Below are positions 8,675 to 18,002 of a stretch of 31,506 nucleotides of DNA, piece after piece; position 1 is the first letter of the stretch; every line of letters starts with the position of its first letter. Both the position numbers and the translations under genes were made by a program. Location of the stretch: assembly GCA_051117555.1 (NCBI GenBank), contig JBNPEG010000108.1, positions 1-31,506 on the forward strand, written 5' to 3'. The notes below the pieces were generated by a model. That model did not search any database. It was not told the origin of the DNA and saw nothing but the letters and a program-made list of their open reading frames with translations. The stretch is from Elainellaceae cyanobacterium (lineage in GTDB: Bacteria > Cyanobacteriota > Cyanobacteriia > CAZCXK01).

Positions 8675-8711
8675 TGAACAGGCCAGACCCCTTGCAAGGC
8701 TGCTGGCCGTC

Positions 8712-8737
8712 AATCCAAAATCGCAAATCCAAAATCG
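8712..8737 (+). repeat. Short heptameric tandem repeat (STRR-like)
   Basis: AATCCAA AATCGCA AATCCAA AATCG, a 7-nt period typical of filamentous cyanobacterial intergenic DNA. Confidence 0.7.
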
Positions 8738-8821
8738 AGACTTGGTATCTGCTAATCTACTTGCTAAATCGCTAGAGTGAAACAAAGGGCTCATTAGAAA
8801 ATCGCCAATAGGTGAGTATCG

Positions 8822-9871
8822 ATGATCAATCACGCCAAGTCTCCGCAACCATCGAGAAAACGTGGATCGCTGCCGTCGAAGTTTATCATTCGGCTGGGCA
8901 AATTTGCTTGGACGACGATGTGGCATCTGATGATGTCAAAACTAGCTCCTCGCGACCCGTCAGGCGCCTACATTCGCCCTGAAAGTGAGTTTAGACATGC
9001 TGTCACTTCAACGGAGGATAGTCCGTATCCGGCGGCTGCCAACCGATATCGTCTCTATGTGGGTTTGGGCTGCCCGTGGGCACATCGAACGCTAGTCGTA
9101 CGGACACTAAAGGGATTAGACGATGTGATTCCGGTCACGATTGTGTCACCCTCACCAATAGAAGGGGGATGGGTATTTGACGAACCCGAAGAGGGGTGCT
9201 CAACGCTGCGAGAGCGCTATGAACAGGCACAGCCCGGATATCAAGGACGCGCCACTGTTCCTGTACTGTGGGATTCGGAAACTAACACAATTGTGAATAA
9301 TGAGAGTGCCGACATTATCGTCATGCTCAATTCAGAATTTAATTCGTTTGCGAGCCATCCTGAGCTTGACCTATATCCAGATGACCTCAAATCGAGCATT
9401 GATACCTGGAATGACAAGATTTATCCCGCCGTTAACAATGGCGTCTATCGGTGTGGATTTGCTCAAACTCAAGCAGCCTATGAGACAGCCTGCAATGAGT
9501 TATTTGAAATGCTAGATGAGATTGATGCTGCCTTAGAAACGAGTCGATATTTGTGTGGCGATCGCCCAACATTGGCAGATGTGCGGTTATTTACGACCTT
9601 GTTTCGATTCGATATTGTCTACTATGGGCTATTCAAGTGCAATCGCCGCAGGATTCAAGAGTATCAGCATCTAGGCCCCTATCTACGCGATTTGTATCAG
9701 TTGCCCAGTGTTGCCGATACCTGCAATCTCAATGCAGTCAAGCGAGATTATTACGGCAACTTGTTTCCGCTAAATCCGGGAGGCATCATTCCATCCGGGC
9801 CTGATATTACCAATTTGATGGATGCTCATGGGCGCGATCGCCTCAGTCCATCCCCCGTGGCTCACAATTAA
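8822..9871 (+). CDS. Glutathionyl-hydroquinone reductase-like glutathione S-transferase (YqjG/ECM4, Xi class)
   Basis: RYRLYVGLGCPWAHRTL, RATVPVLWD, IVNNESADI, VNNGVYRCGFAQTQAAY, TLFRFDIVY, NPGGIIPSGP. Confidence 0.93.
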   Translation: MINHAKSPQPSRKRGSLPSKFIIRLGKFAWTTMWHLMMSKLAPRDPSGAYIRPESEFRHAVTSTEDSPYPAAANRYRLYVGLGCPWAHRTLVVRTLKGLDDVIPVTIVSPSPIEGGWVFDEPEEGCSTLRERYEQAQPGYQGRATVPVLWDSETNTIVNNESADIIVMLNSEFNSFASHPELDLYPDDLKSSIDTWNDKIYPAVNNGVYRCGFAQTQAAYETACNELFEMLDEIDAALETSRYLCGDRPTLADVRLFTTLFRFDIVYYGLFKCNRRRIQEYQHLGPYLRDLYQLPSVADTCNLNAVKRDYYGNLFPLNPGGIIPSGPDITNLMDAHGRDRLSPSPVAHN

Positions 9872-9886
9872 GTCTCTCGCGACCAA

Positions 9887-10777
9887 TCAGGGGTGCGGAG
9901 ATTCGTTCTCCAATCGCTGCACCGTCAGATGATAGTTCATCTCAGATCTAGCCCGGTATCCTTCTGCTTTCAATGAGCCCTTGACCGGAATCGTTTTCTG
10001 AGAAAAGGGGCTTGCGACTAACGCGATATGGCGATCGCTCACAGCAACCTCATTCGTCGGGTCATATCCGTGCCAGCCTGCACCCGGCAAATAGACCTCT
10101 GCCCATGCATGCAGTTGACAGTCTTCTATATCAGGATCGCCCTCCTGATAGCCACTCACAAATCGGGCGGCAAGCCCAACTGCCTGACAGACTGCCATAA
10201 AGAGCACCGCAAAATCTCGGCATGACCCAGCTTGCTGTTTCCATGTGATGCTAGGAGGCTGTGGGGCACCCGTTTCTCGAATCCCATACTGACAATGGTG
10301 ATGAATGCGCTGATTAAGCTCACTAAGAAACGACACCGTATTCCCATCTGTTGCAAGGCAAATATCTTGAGCTAGCTCATTGGCAACGGGGTCAGTGGAA
10401 AAAGGAAACTCTTGGCTATGCGACAAATACGGGCGGAGCTGTTGCAGTAAAGAATTAGGGTAGTCCATGGGCAATGTCGTCGCCCATTTTTCTAATAAGA
10501 AGTCAAACGGGTTGGTGCGAAACGTTTCAACTTCCGACGATACTTGAACATTTAAAGATGCGGTCGCCTTTTGAGATGGAAACCAGATTTGGATAACATC
10601 ATTGCCATCTAAATCAACGTTTTCGACGATTTTTTCAGGCTTCGGATCAATCTCTAGCGAAAAGGTGTCCAGCTTTTGAGTCACATCAGACCGAGGACGA
10701 AGCCGCAACACATGAGAATCTAGCATGACCGGACGGTCATAGGTATACACCGTCGTGTGATTGATTTTATAGCGCAC
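9887..10777 (-). CDS. Transglutaminase-like protein with N-terminal bacterial transglutaminase domain
   Basis: YKINHTTVYTY...LRLRPR N-domain; intact triad GSCRDFA (Cys), LHAWAEVY (His), GYDPTN (Asp); ARFVSGY. Confidence 0.92.
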   Translation of the reverse strand: MRYKINHTTVYTYDRPVMLDSHVLRLRPRSDVTQKLDTFSLEIDPKPEKIVENVDLDGNDVIQIWFPSQKATASLNVQVSSEVETFRTNPFDFLLEKWATTLPMDYPNSLLQQLRPYLSHSQEFPFSTDPVANELAQDICLATDGNTVSFLSELNQRIHHHCQYGIRETGAPQPPSITWKQQAGSCRDFAVLFMAVCQAVGLAARFVSGYQEGDPDIEDCQLHAWAEVYLPGAGWHGYDPTNEVAVSDRHIALVASPFSQKTIPVKGSLKAEGYRARSEMNYHLTVQRLENESPHP

Positions 10778-11000
10778 GTTGGAAAAGACTATAGAAAAAA
10801 TTTAGGCAGGAATACAAATAAACCATATACGCAAATATAGTACGGCAGAACGTGCTCGGTGGCTGTGATGCAAGTCGCTTAGTGATCTTATCAGCAATAA
10901 AACCAAATCCTGATTCTTAGCATTCCGCCTTAATGGTGCGTTACTGTTGTGACACGCCTAAAATAGTGCAAATTCGTAAAAGGCTGAAACTCTTGAACCC

Positions 11001-11058
11001 GGTGCGTTACGCTGGCGCTTTAGCGTAGCCATGCCTGAAAGGCTATACAGCACCCTAC
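11001..11058. repeat. REP-like palindromic element with nested small repeat
   Basis: GGTGCGTTACGCT...AGCGTAGCC...GCACCCTAC. GGTGCGTTAC also occurs at 10935-10944, and the inner GCGTAGCCATGCC recurs as GCGTAGCCTTGCC at 16400-16412. Confidence 0.55.
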
Positions 11059-11136
11059 TTCCGCCCCCTTCCCTCCGCCTTCCGTCCTCTGTCTTCCGCC
11101 TTCCGCCTTCCGCCCTCCTCCGCCTTCTGCCTTCCC
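11058..11136 (+). repeat. Pyrimidine-rich heptameric tandem repeat (approximately CCTTCCG)n
   Basis: About 11 degenerate 7-mers (CTTCCGC/CCTCCGC/CTTCTGC) starting immediately after the alpha-E stop codon. Confidence 0.8.
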
Positions 11137-12096
11137 CTATTGAATAGGTTGCAGCGCAAAAAAGGTTTCAAAGATGCTATCCCCAATGGTATTGAGTCGC
11201 ATCTGTAAATTATCTAGAAATTCATGGAGACCCATTTGAACAATTTCTTCGATGGTAATGTAATCCAGCTCAGATCGCAGCTTGCCAAGGTCGCGCTCAA
11301 CTGGGTTTCGCCAGGTTCCAGGAGCAAGAATGCCGGTAATATGACGGAGCGATCGCTCGGCTTCGAGTAGGCAAAACTGGATTGACCGAGGAAAATCTCG
11401 ATCTAAGATGAGAAACTCAGTGACACTATGCGGCGTGATCCGATGCTGACATTTGCGATACATCTCATAGGCACTTGCTGATTTCAGCAACGCAATCCAC
11501 TGAAGTTCATCTAACGTGGTGCCCACATCTTTGACCGACGGCAGCAGGATAAAGTATTTCACGTCGAGGATGCGCGCGGTTTTGTCTGCCCGCTCTAGCA
11601 GCCGCCCAATCTGACCAAAATTCCAGCCTTCGTTGTGAGACATGGTGGCACCCATTACGCCAGCAAACAGATGGCTTGCCATCTTAACCTCGGCATAGAA
11701 GCTAGATAGCTCACCCAGACCCTGTTGCTGATTTTGCGATGCATCTTTCACCATCAGATAAAAGGCATTGACCTGCTCCCACATCTCCGAGGAGATAATC
11801 TCTCGCACCGATCGCGCGTTTTCTCGTGCCGTTTGCAAACACGACAAAATTGAGTTGGGGTAGTCTTTATCAAACGTCAGAAAATGAATTACATTTTCTG
11901 CAGTGGCTTCTCCATAGCGCTCTTTAAACAGCGGGAGATCGCCCGTAATCACAACAAGGGGCTGCCATTGCTGCTCAGTACCGATGGGCGAATCGAGCAG
12001 CAAGTTGAGATTGACATCCACGAAGCGAGCAACGTTTTCCGCCCGTTCCACATACCGATTGAGCCAGTAGATTGAATCTGCTGCACGGCTAAGCAT
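11137..12096 (-). CDS. Alpha-E domain protein
   Basis: MLSRAADSIYWLNRYVERAENVAR, ARENARSVREIISSEMWE, GRLLERADKTARILDVKY, FPRSIQFCL (two ER motifs); 12 nt downstream of the ATP-grasp gene. Confidence 0.93.
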   Translation of the reverse strand: MLSRAADSIYWLNRYVERAENVARFVDVNLNLLLDSPIGTEQQWQPLVVITGDLPLFKERYGEATAENVIHFLTFDKDYPNSILSCLQTARENARSVREIISSEMWEQVNAFYLMVKDASQNQQQGLGELSSFYAEVKMASHLFAGVMGATMSHNEGWNFGQIGRLLERADKTARILDVKYFILLPSVKDVGTTLDELQWIALLKSASAYEMYRKCQHRITPHSVTEFLILDRDFPRSIQFCLLEAERSLRHITGILAPGTWRNPVERDLGKLRSELDYITIEEIVQMGLHEFLDNLQMRLNTIGDSIFETFFALQPIQ

Positions 12097-12108
12097 GGTA
12101 ATTTCTCC

Positions 12109-13542
12109 TTACTCCAAAACGACCCACGTATCTTTGCTGCCACCTCCCTGAGAGGAATTGACAACCAATGACCCTCGCTTGAGGGCGACGCGCGTTAACC
12201 CCCCTGGATTCACATAAATGTCTTTGCCGTTGAGGATATACGGGCGCAAATCGACGTGGCAGCCTTCTAATGTGTCGCCAACGAGCGTTGGGACGCGCGA
12301 TAGGCAGAGCGTTGGCTGGGCGATATAGTTGCGAGGGGTTGCCTTGATTTTTTCGGCAAATTCTTCCCGCTGTTCAGGTGACGCATGAGGCCCCACCAAC
12401 ATGCCATAGCCGCCTGATTCATTGGCTGACTTTACGACAAGCTGGTCGAGATTATTGAGCACATGGTTCTGCTGGTCAGGCTCCCAACAGAGATACGTCG
12501 GGACATTGGGCAACATCTGGTCTTCGCCTAGATAATACTGAATCATCTGCGGAACATAGGCATAAATTACCTTGTCATCGGCAACTCCGGTTCCTAGAGC
12601 GTTGGCGATCGCCACTCGTCCTGCGCGATAGACCTCCATCAGACCAGGCACGCCCAGCATCGAATCTGAGCGGAATGCTAGCGGGTCGATAAAATCGTCG
12701 TCAATGCGGCGATAGACTACATCCACTCGCTGCAATCCCTTTGTGGTTCGCATCTGTAGATAGCCATCCGAGACGACCAAATCTCGTCCTTCAACTAGCT
12801 CAACGCCCATCTGCTGGGCCAAAAACGAATGCTCAAAATAGGCAGAATTAAAAATTCCGGGCGTCAACACCACAACCGTCGGGTCGGGTAACCCCCCTGG
12901 TGCTAGATTCAGCAACGTTTCGAGGAGTTGGCTGGCATAGTCGTCAACGGGCTTGATCGGAACCCGGTTAAAGAGTTGAGGGAACGTACTCTTCATCACT
13001 CGACGATTTTCGAGCACGTAGGATACGCCCGATGGGCAGCGCAAATTATCTTCTAAGACGTACCATTGACCGTCGCGATCGCGCACCAGGTCTGTCCCAG
13101 TGATATGACACCAAATGCCTTCAGGAGGATTCAAGCCAATGCACTGCTTCGAAAACCCGGTCGCCGAATGGATCAGCTCTTCAGGAATAACCTTATCCTT
13201 TAAGATCTTCTGCTCGCCGTAGATATCAGATAAAAACAGGTTAAGGGCATGAATTCGCTGCTTTAATCCCTTTTCTATCCAATCCCACTCAGTGGACGAG
13301 ACAATTCGAGGCACAATATCAAATGGGAAAATCCTCTCTGTGCCTTGATTGTCGCTGTAGACGTTGAACGTCACGCCTAGCTTGAATAATGCATTTTGAG
13401 CAGACTGCGATCGCCGCTGAAGCTCCTGCATTGGCAAGCTGTTTAGCCGCTCAACTAGCAACGTGGCTGTCGGACGAGGCTCCCCCTTCTTAAGAAAGAG
13501 TTCGTCATAAAAATCCCCTGGGTCATAATGATCGAATAGCAC
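12109..13542 (-). CDS. Circularly permuted type 2 ATP-grasp protein
   Basis: [71 protein letters not shown]...[17 protein letters not shown] start. Confidence 0.95.
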   Translation of the reverse strand: MLFDHYDPGDFYDELFLKKGEPRPTATLLVERLNSLPMQELQRRSQSAQNALFKLGVTFNVYSDNQGTERIFPFDIVPRIVSSTEWDWIEKGLKQRIHALNLFLSDIYGEQKILKDKVIPEELIHSATGFSKQCIGLNPPEGIWCHITGTDLVRDRDGQWYVLEDNLRCPSGVSYVLENRRVMKSTFPQLFNRVPIKPVDDYASQLLETLLNLAPGGLPDPTVVVLTPGIFNSAYFEHSFLAQQMGVELVEGRDLVVSDGYLQMRTTKGLQRVDVVYRRIDDDFIDPLAFRSDSMLGVPGLMEVYRAGRVAIANALGTGVADDKVIYAYVPQMIQYYLGEDQMLPNVPTYLCWEPDQQNHVLNNLDQLVVKSANESGGYGMLVGPHASPEQREEFAEKIKATPRNYIAQPTLCLSRVPTLVGDTLEGCHVDLRPYILNGKDIYVNPGGLTRVALKRGSLVVNSSQGGGSKDTWVVLE

Positions 13543-13620
13543 GACATTCTGCCTGATATCACTGACTACATATGCGCTAAACGCATATGCACTAAATAGA
13601 TGTTGACCCGGGGTTCTGAC

Positions 13621-13636
13621 TGTAGCTTAGAATACA
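13621..13636 (-). promoter_or_regulatory. NtcA-type binding site
   Basis: TGTA-GCTTAGAA-TACA is an exact TGTA-N8-TACA match about 80 nt upstream of the ATP-grasp start. The expected -10 (TAN3T about 22 nt downstream) is only imperfect (TATTTA). Confidence 0.7.
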
Positions 13637-13825
13637 AACTGCGTTTTACCCGCTGTGCCAATAGGCTTACCTGGTGCCCCACGTCAGGGAGTAGCCGCAC
13701 GACACCCCCCCCCACAGCGTAAATCAATGCTACCTGAACAAACCCCGACTCTGCGAGCTTCGGTGGTGCCGAGTATAGCCGTGTAGGTGCGTCTTACGCC
13801 AGGGAGTCTAAGTTTTGTCAGTCAG

Positions 13826-14191
13826 TCAGTCGGACGTTGAAATATCAGGCTTAGCGACTTTGGGCTGAACGTACACAATCAAGTTAGGAATGAGGCTGCC
13901 TTTACGCTCTGTCTTGACTCGTTTTGTGCCCCGAATTGTATAGTCTTGGCGGATTTCTTCGATAGAATCTAGCAGGTTATCAACCGTTCGATCGCCCATT
14001 TCGCTAGGCAACACGTATTCCAGCAAGTTGGGTTCCACAATCAAGACGCTGTCTTCTCGAACTGATTTAATAAAATAATCTTGGCTTGCCTCGCTAGATG
14101 CGCTATCCGCTCGCAAACTGAAGCTTGCGGTCGTGATCAGCACAATACCAATGGCGATCGCCACAATTGGAGCAATCAGGTTCTTAATCAT
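13826..14191 (-). CDS. Hypothetical exported/membrane-anchored protein
   Basis: From ATG 14191: MIKNLIAPIVAIAIGIVLITTASFSLRA signal/anchor followed by a soluble domain of about 95 aa. No family recognised. Confidence 0.65.
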   Translation of the reverse strand: MIKNLIAPIVAIAIGIVLITTASFSLRADSASSEASQDYFIKSVREDSVLIVEPNLLEYVLPSEMGDRTVDNLLDSIEEIRQDYTIRGTKRVKTERKGSLIPNLIVYVQPKVAKPDISTSD

Positions 14192-14331
14192 GATTGAGAC
14201 TTGAAAGACGAATAGTGCAGCATACGTCGTCCATGCTCGCCTGCCACTCGGCAAGCCATCCTTATAACCAGCCGGACGATCGCTTATTAAAAGCTTAGCG
14301 CGAGATTAATTTTTGTAAAGTTTATCCTGCC

Positions 14332-15096
14332 TCACGCTGCCGCAAACGCCATCCGGCTGAGAAATGCTTTGAGGCGATCGCTCTGGGGATGCGTCAAGAC
14401 CTGACGAGCTAGACCTTCCTCTTCTACAACGCCTTGATTCATAAACAGCACCCGACTTGCTACGTCTCGCGCAAAGTGCATCTCATGAGTAACAACCACC
14501 ATGGTCATCCCCTCCTCCGCCAGTTGCTTCATCACCGTCAGCACTTCACCAACCAGTTCAGGATCTAGGGCACTCGTTGGTTCATCAAACAGCATGACAC
14601 TCGGCTTCATGCATAGAGAACGGGCGATCGCCACCCGCTGCTTTTGCCCGCCTGATAATTGTTCTGGATAGGCGTCGGCTTTATGCAACAGCCCCACTTT
14701 GTCTAAGAACGTTCTCGCAAGCCGCCCGCTTTCCTTAGCCGTCAGGTTCAATACTTTTTGGGGGGCGAGGGTCAGATTTCCGAGGACCGTTTTGTGTGGA
14801 AACAAATTGAACTGCTGAAATACCATTCCCACATCGGCCCGCAACCGCCGCAGTTGCTTAATTGTCAGATTCGGATTCGACAAATCCATACCATTGACAA
14901 TCAATTGCCCGCCGTTAATCGCCTCAAGACAGTTGAAACAGCGAAGTAACGTGCTCTTGCCACATCCCGACGGCCCAATGACAGCGACCACTTCGCCTTG
15001 ATTCACAGAACCACTAATGCCGTTTAAGACCTGCAACGGACCAAAGTTTTTCTGGACGTTATTAAATGTAATGACGGGACGGTCTGAATCTGCCAT
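14332..15096 (-). CDS. Polar amino-acid ABC transporter ATP-binding protein (GlnQ/BgtA-like)
   Basis: [62 protein letters not shown]. Confidence 0.95.
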   Translation of the reverse strand: MADSDRPVITFNNVQKNFGPLQVLNGISGSVNQGEVVAVIGPSGCGKSTLLRCFNCLEAINGGQLIVNGMDLSNPNLTIKQLRRLRADVGMVFQQFNLFPHKTVLGNLTLAPQKVLNLTAKESGRLARTFLDKVGLLHKADAYPEQLSGGQKQRVAIARSLCMKPSVMLFDEPTSALDPELVGEVLTVMKQLAEEGMTMVVVTHEMHFARDVASRVLFMNQGVVEEEGLARQVLTHPQSDRLKAFLSRMAFAAA

Positions 15097-15391
15097 ATCG
15101 ATTACTCAGCAAAATAGAGATGTCAGAAATTTTTATCAACTTGGCATAGAGACGCCACCTATAAATGTAGTTGCTAACACAACTTGCGTTCTTAAATAGA
15201 GCGTATAGCTATCAATGACCCCTTCTCTTCCCTGTAAGATCTCTCAAAGGTTTAAACGTTAAGTGACGGTTAATCCAATCTGACTCGATCGCCCTCCAGC
15301 AATTGGAGCGTCTCTCCTGCAAGAGTTCTATGGTCAAACCATTCATCACGCATTAGTTCATTACAAAACAATTGAGGAGAAAAAATACTCT

Positions 15392-16240
15392 ATGTCTTGG
15401 TCTACACGACGACGCTTTTTAAGCGGATTTGCACTCAGTTTGTGTTCTGTATTTGTCTTTGCAGCTTGTGGTCCCGGCACCGATACGGCGGAGACCTCCG
15501 ACCCAGCAGAGACTGAAACAGCAGAATCTCCAGCAGCCGATGAAACCCTCACGGTTGCGACTGAGCCCGCATTTCCTCCGTTTGAGTTTCAGGCAGAGGG
15601 AGGGGGCTTAGATGGATTTGATATCGAACTGATGAATGCCATTGGTGATGCAGCAGGCTTTGGTGTGGAATATGAAAGCCTCCCCTTTGATGGCATCATC
15701 CCTGCCTTGCAGTCCGGATCGGTGGATGCTGCAATTAGCGCGATGACGATTACTGCGGAGCGAGCACAAACGGTATCTTTCTCTCAACCCTATTTCAAAG
15801 CAGGACTGGCGATCGCCGTTCAAGAATCTAATGAAGAGATCAAGTCTCTCGATGACCTCAAAGGTCGCAAGATTGCGGTTCAAATCGGCACCACAGGAGC
15901 AGAATTAGCCAACTCAATCGAAGGAGCAGAAATCAGTACGTTTGACTCGGCTCCTCTCGCATTACAGGAGCTTGCAAATGGCAATGTGGATGCGGTCATC
16001 AATGATGCACCTGTCACCCTCGATGCGATCGCCAGCGGTAACGTCAGCGGCATTCAGGTCGTCGGAGAACTCGTCACCGAAGAATATTACGGCATTGCCA
16101 CGCCAATGGACTCTGAAAACTTGGCAATGATTAACAGCGGTCTTGACACCATCATCGAAAACGGAACCTATGACGAGATTTATCAAAAATGGTTTGGAGC
16201 AAACCCTCCAGAGCTTCCCGAAGAAGCACCGTTAGAGTAA
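15392..16240 (+). CDS. Polar/basic amino-acid ABC transporter substrate-binding lipoprotein (family 3)
   Basis: TRRRFL + FAAC lipobox; VATEPAFPPFEF, GFDIEL, FDGIIPALQSG, ISAMTITAER, AVQIGTTGA; GAGGAG RBS. Confidence 0.93.
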   Translation: MSWSTRRRFLSGFALSLCSVFVFAACGPGTDTAETSDPAETETAESPAADETLTVATEPAFPPFEFQAEGGGLDGFDIELMNAIGDAAGFGVEYESLPFDGIIPALQSGSVDAAISAMTITAERAQTVSFSQPYFKAGLAIAVQESNEEIKSLDDLKGRKIAVQIGTTGAELANSIEGAEISTFDSAPLALQELANGNVDAVINDAPVTLDAIASGNVSGIQVVGELVTEEYYGIATPMDSENLAMINSGLDTIIENGTYDEIYQKWFGANPPELPEEAPLE

Positions 16241-16288
16241 TCTCGCCTCCGTTTCCATTCGCCTCTTTGATGCGAAAACTCAGTTTCA

Positions 16289-16459
16289 TAGCAATCCTAA
16301 ATCATTCATGAAATGGGAGTGCGGGCATCTTGCCCGCGTTGGCAACGCCTCTCCATCAGGAGAAACGGAACGCTGATACTATGCATTGCTAGAGCGTCGG
16401 CGTAGCCTTGCCATCGGCAAAACGCACTGGAATTTTTTACAAATCATTTGGGATTGCTA
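16289..16459. mobile_element. MITE-like element (171 bp) with 25-bp imperfect terminal inverted repeats
   Basis: Left end TAGCAATCCTAAATCATTCATGAAA versus reverse-complemented right end TAGCAATCCCAAATGATTTGTAAAA (20/25). TA at both ends. Internal REP-like hairpin GCGGGCATCTTGCCCGC. Non-coding. Confidence 0.75.
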
Positions 16460-16560
16460 CATGAATTTATCTCCCGCATAGCTGCTGAGGGGCGCTTATT
16501 CGATCGCCCTTCTATTCATACTGTTTCCAAATAAAACAAGAAATAAGTCAAGGATTCGCC

Positions 16561-17358
16561 GTGTTTGACTTTCTAATGCTTCTGCTTCAAACCTCTGCTG
16601 AAGACGCGTCAGAGCCAGTATCTCAATCTGTCCAAATTATTGTGGAGGCAATCCCTAACTTACTGCAAGGCGCATTAGTCACCTTGCAACTAACCGCCTT
16701 TGCCGTGTTCTTTGGGCTGATCGCGGGATCTCTATTCGGAGTGGCTCGATTATCTCCCCTTCTGCCCATCAGACTCGCCGTTAGAGCTTACATCGACTTC
16801 TTCAGAGGCACCCCCCTACTTGTGCAGATCTTCATGATTTATTTTGGGCTGCCTGCACTCGCAACCAGTCTTGGGTTCCAATTTACCTTTAGTCGCTTGG
16901 CCGCGGCGGTCTTGGCCTTGAGTCTCAACAGCGCCGCCTACATTGCCGAAATCGTTCGCGCCGGGATTCAATCCATTGAAATTGGACAAAGAGAAGCCGC
17001 CGAATCATTAGGCTTAGGCCCGGTTCAAACTATGCGCTACATTATCTTTCCGCAGGCATTTCGCCGCATGATTCCGCCCTTGGGCAACGAGTTTATTACG
17101 TTGCTCAAAGACACGAGTTTGGTTGCCATTATCGGGTTTGAAGAACTGTTTCGCCGGGGACAGCTCATCGTCGCTCAAAACTATCGAGCCTTTGAAATCT
17201 ACGCAGCAGTCGCCGTGATCTACTTGGTGTTGACACTGGCATCGTCGCAGGGATTTAGCTTGCTGGAGTGGTGGATGAACCCTGTTGAGCGGGCTAAACA
17301 GGGTTCTGAGTCTGATGTGGGCAATTTTTCCACGGATATTGGCAATACCACATCATAG
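16561..17358 (+). CDS. Polar amino-acid ABC transporter permease (HisM/GlnP-like)
   Basis: YIDFFRGTPLLVQIF, LNSAAYIAEIVRAGIQSI, GQREAAESLGL (EAA loop), NEFITLLKDTSL. Confidence 0.94.
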   Translation: MFDFLMLLLQTSAEDASEPVSQSVQIIVEAIPNLLQGALVTLQLTAFAVFFGLIAGSLFGVARLSPLLPIRLAVRAYIDFFRGTPLLVQIFMIYFGLPALATSLGFQFTFSRLAAAVLALSLNSAAYIAEIVRAGIQSIEIGQREAAESLGLGPVQTMRYIIFPQAFRRMIPPLGNEFITLLKDTSLVAIIGFEELFRRGQLIVAQNYRAFEIYAAVAVIYLVLTLASSQGFSLLEWWMNPVERAKQGSESDVGNFSTDIGNTTS

Positions 17359-17405
17359 ACGTCCTAAAATAGGGGATCATGACAAACTCAGGGATAGGCT
17401 GACTC

Positions 17406-18002
17406 ATGACTCACTCCACCGACATTCTGACACTCGCCCGCTGGATGGCAGCCGACTTTAGCAATCAAGCCCAGGCATTTGAGAATCCCCCATTATTTGC
17501 CCATATCCGCGTGTGTATGCGTCCGCTGCCCATTGATTTACTCTCGGGCATCGGCTTTTATGTGGAGCAAGCCTACGACTACATGGTGAATAATCCCTAT
17601 CGAGCGCGGGTCATCAAGCTAATTGAGCAGAATGGTCACATTGAGATTGAAAACTATCGACTCGATGATGATGTCAAATTTCATGGAGCATCACGCGATC
17701 GCGATCGCCTCCAGTCTTTATCTGCCAGTGATCTCCACAAAATGGGTGGCTGCAACATGATCGTTGAATGGACAGGAACTCGCTTTAGGGGCAAAGTCGA
17801 GCCCGGTAAGGGGTGCATGGTCATCCGAAAAGGACGAACCACCTATCTGGATAGCGAATTTGAAATTGATGACCAGGTTTTTATCAGTCTCGACCGAGGT
17901 CGAGATCCCGACACCGATGAGCATATCTGGGGATCTCTAGCAGGCGCGTTTCATTTTGTGCGCTGGCAGAGTTTTGCAGACGAGGTTCAGTTACGACTTT
18001 AG
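17406..18002 (+). CDS. cpcT: T-type phycobiliprotein chromophore lyase (CpcT/CpeT)
   Basis: MTHSTDILTLARWMAADFSNQAQAFENPPLFAHIRVCMRPL, EQAYDY, GKVEPGKGC, SLDRGRDP...WGS. Confidence 0.92.
   Translation: MTHSTDILTLARWMAADFSNQAQAFENPPLFAHIRVCMRPLPIDLLSGIGFYVEQAYDYMVNNPYRARVIKLIEQNGHIEIENYRLDDDVKFHGASRDRDRLQSLSASDLHKMGGCNMIVEWTGTRFRGKVEPGKGCMVIRKGRTTYLDSEFEIDDQVFISLDRGRDPDTDEHIWGSLAGAFHFVRWQSFADEVQLRL

Noticed and set aside
8646..8737. 29-nt repeat as a CRISPR repeat
   Set aside because: Only isolated copies 21 kb apart in opposite orientation, with no spacer array and no cas genes.
11058..11136. Tandem repeat as CRISPR or coding repeat
   Set aside because: 7-nt period without spacers and non-coding; typical STRR-like DNA.
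13705..13713. Poly-C9 tract as a phase-variation switch
   Set aside because: It lies upstream of the NtcA box and outside any CDS or evident promoter spacer; no supporting evidence.
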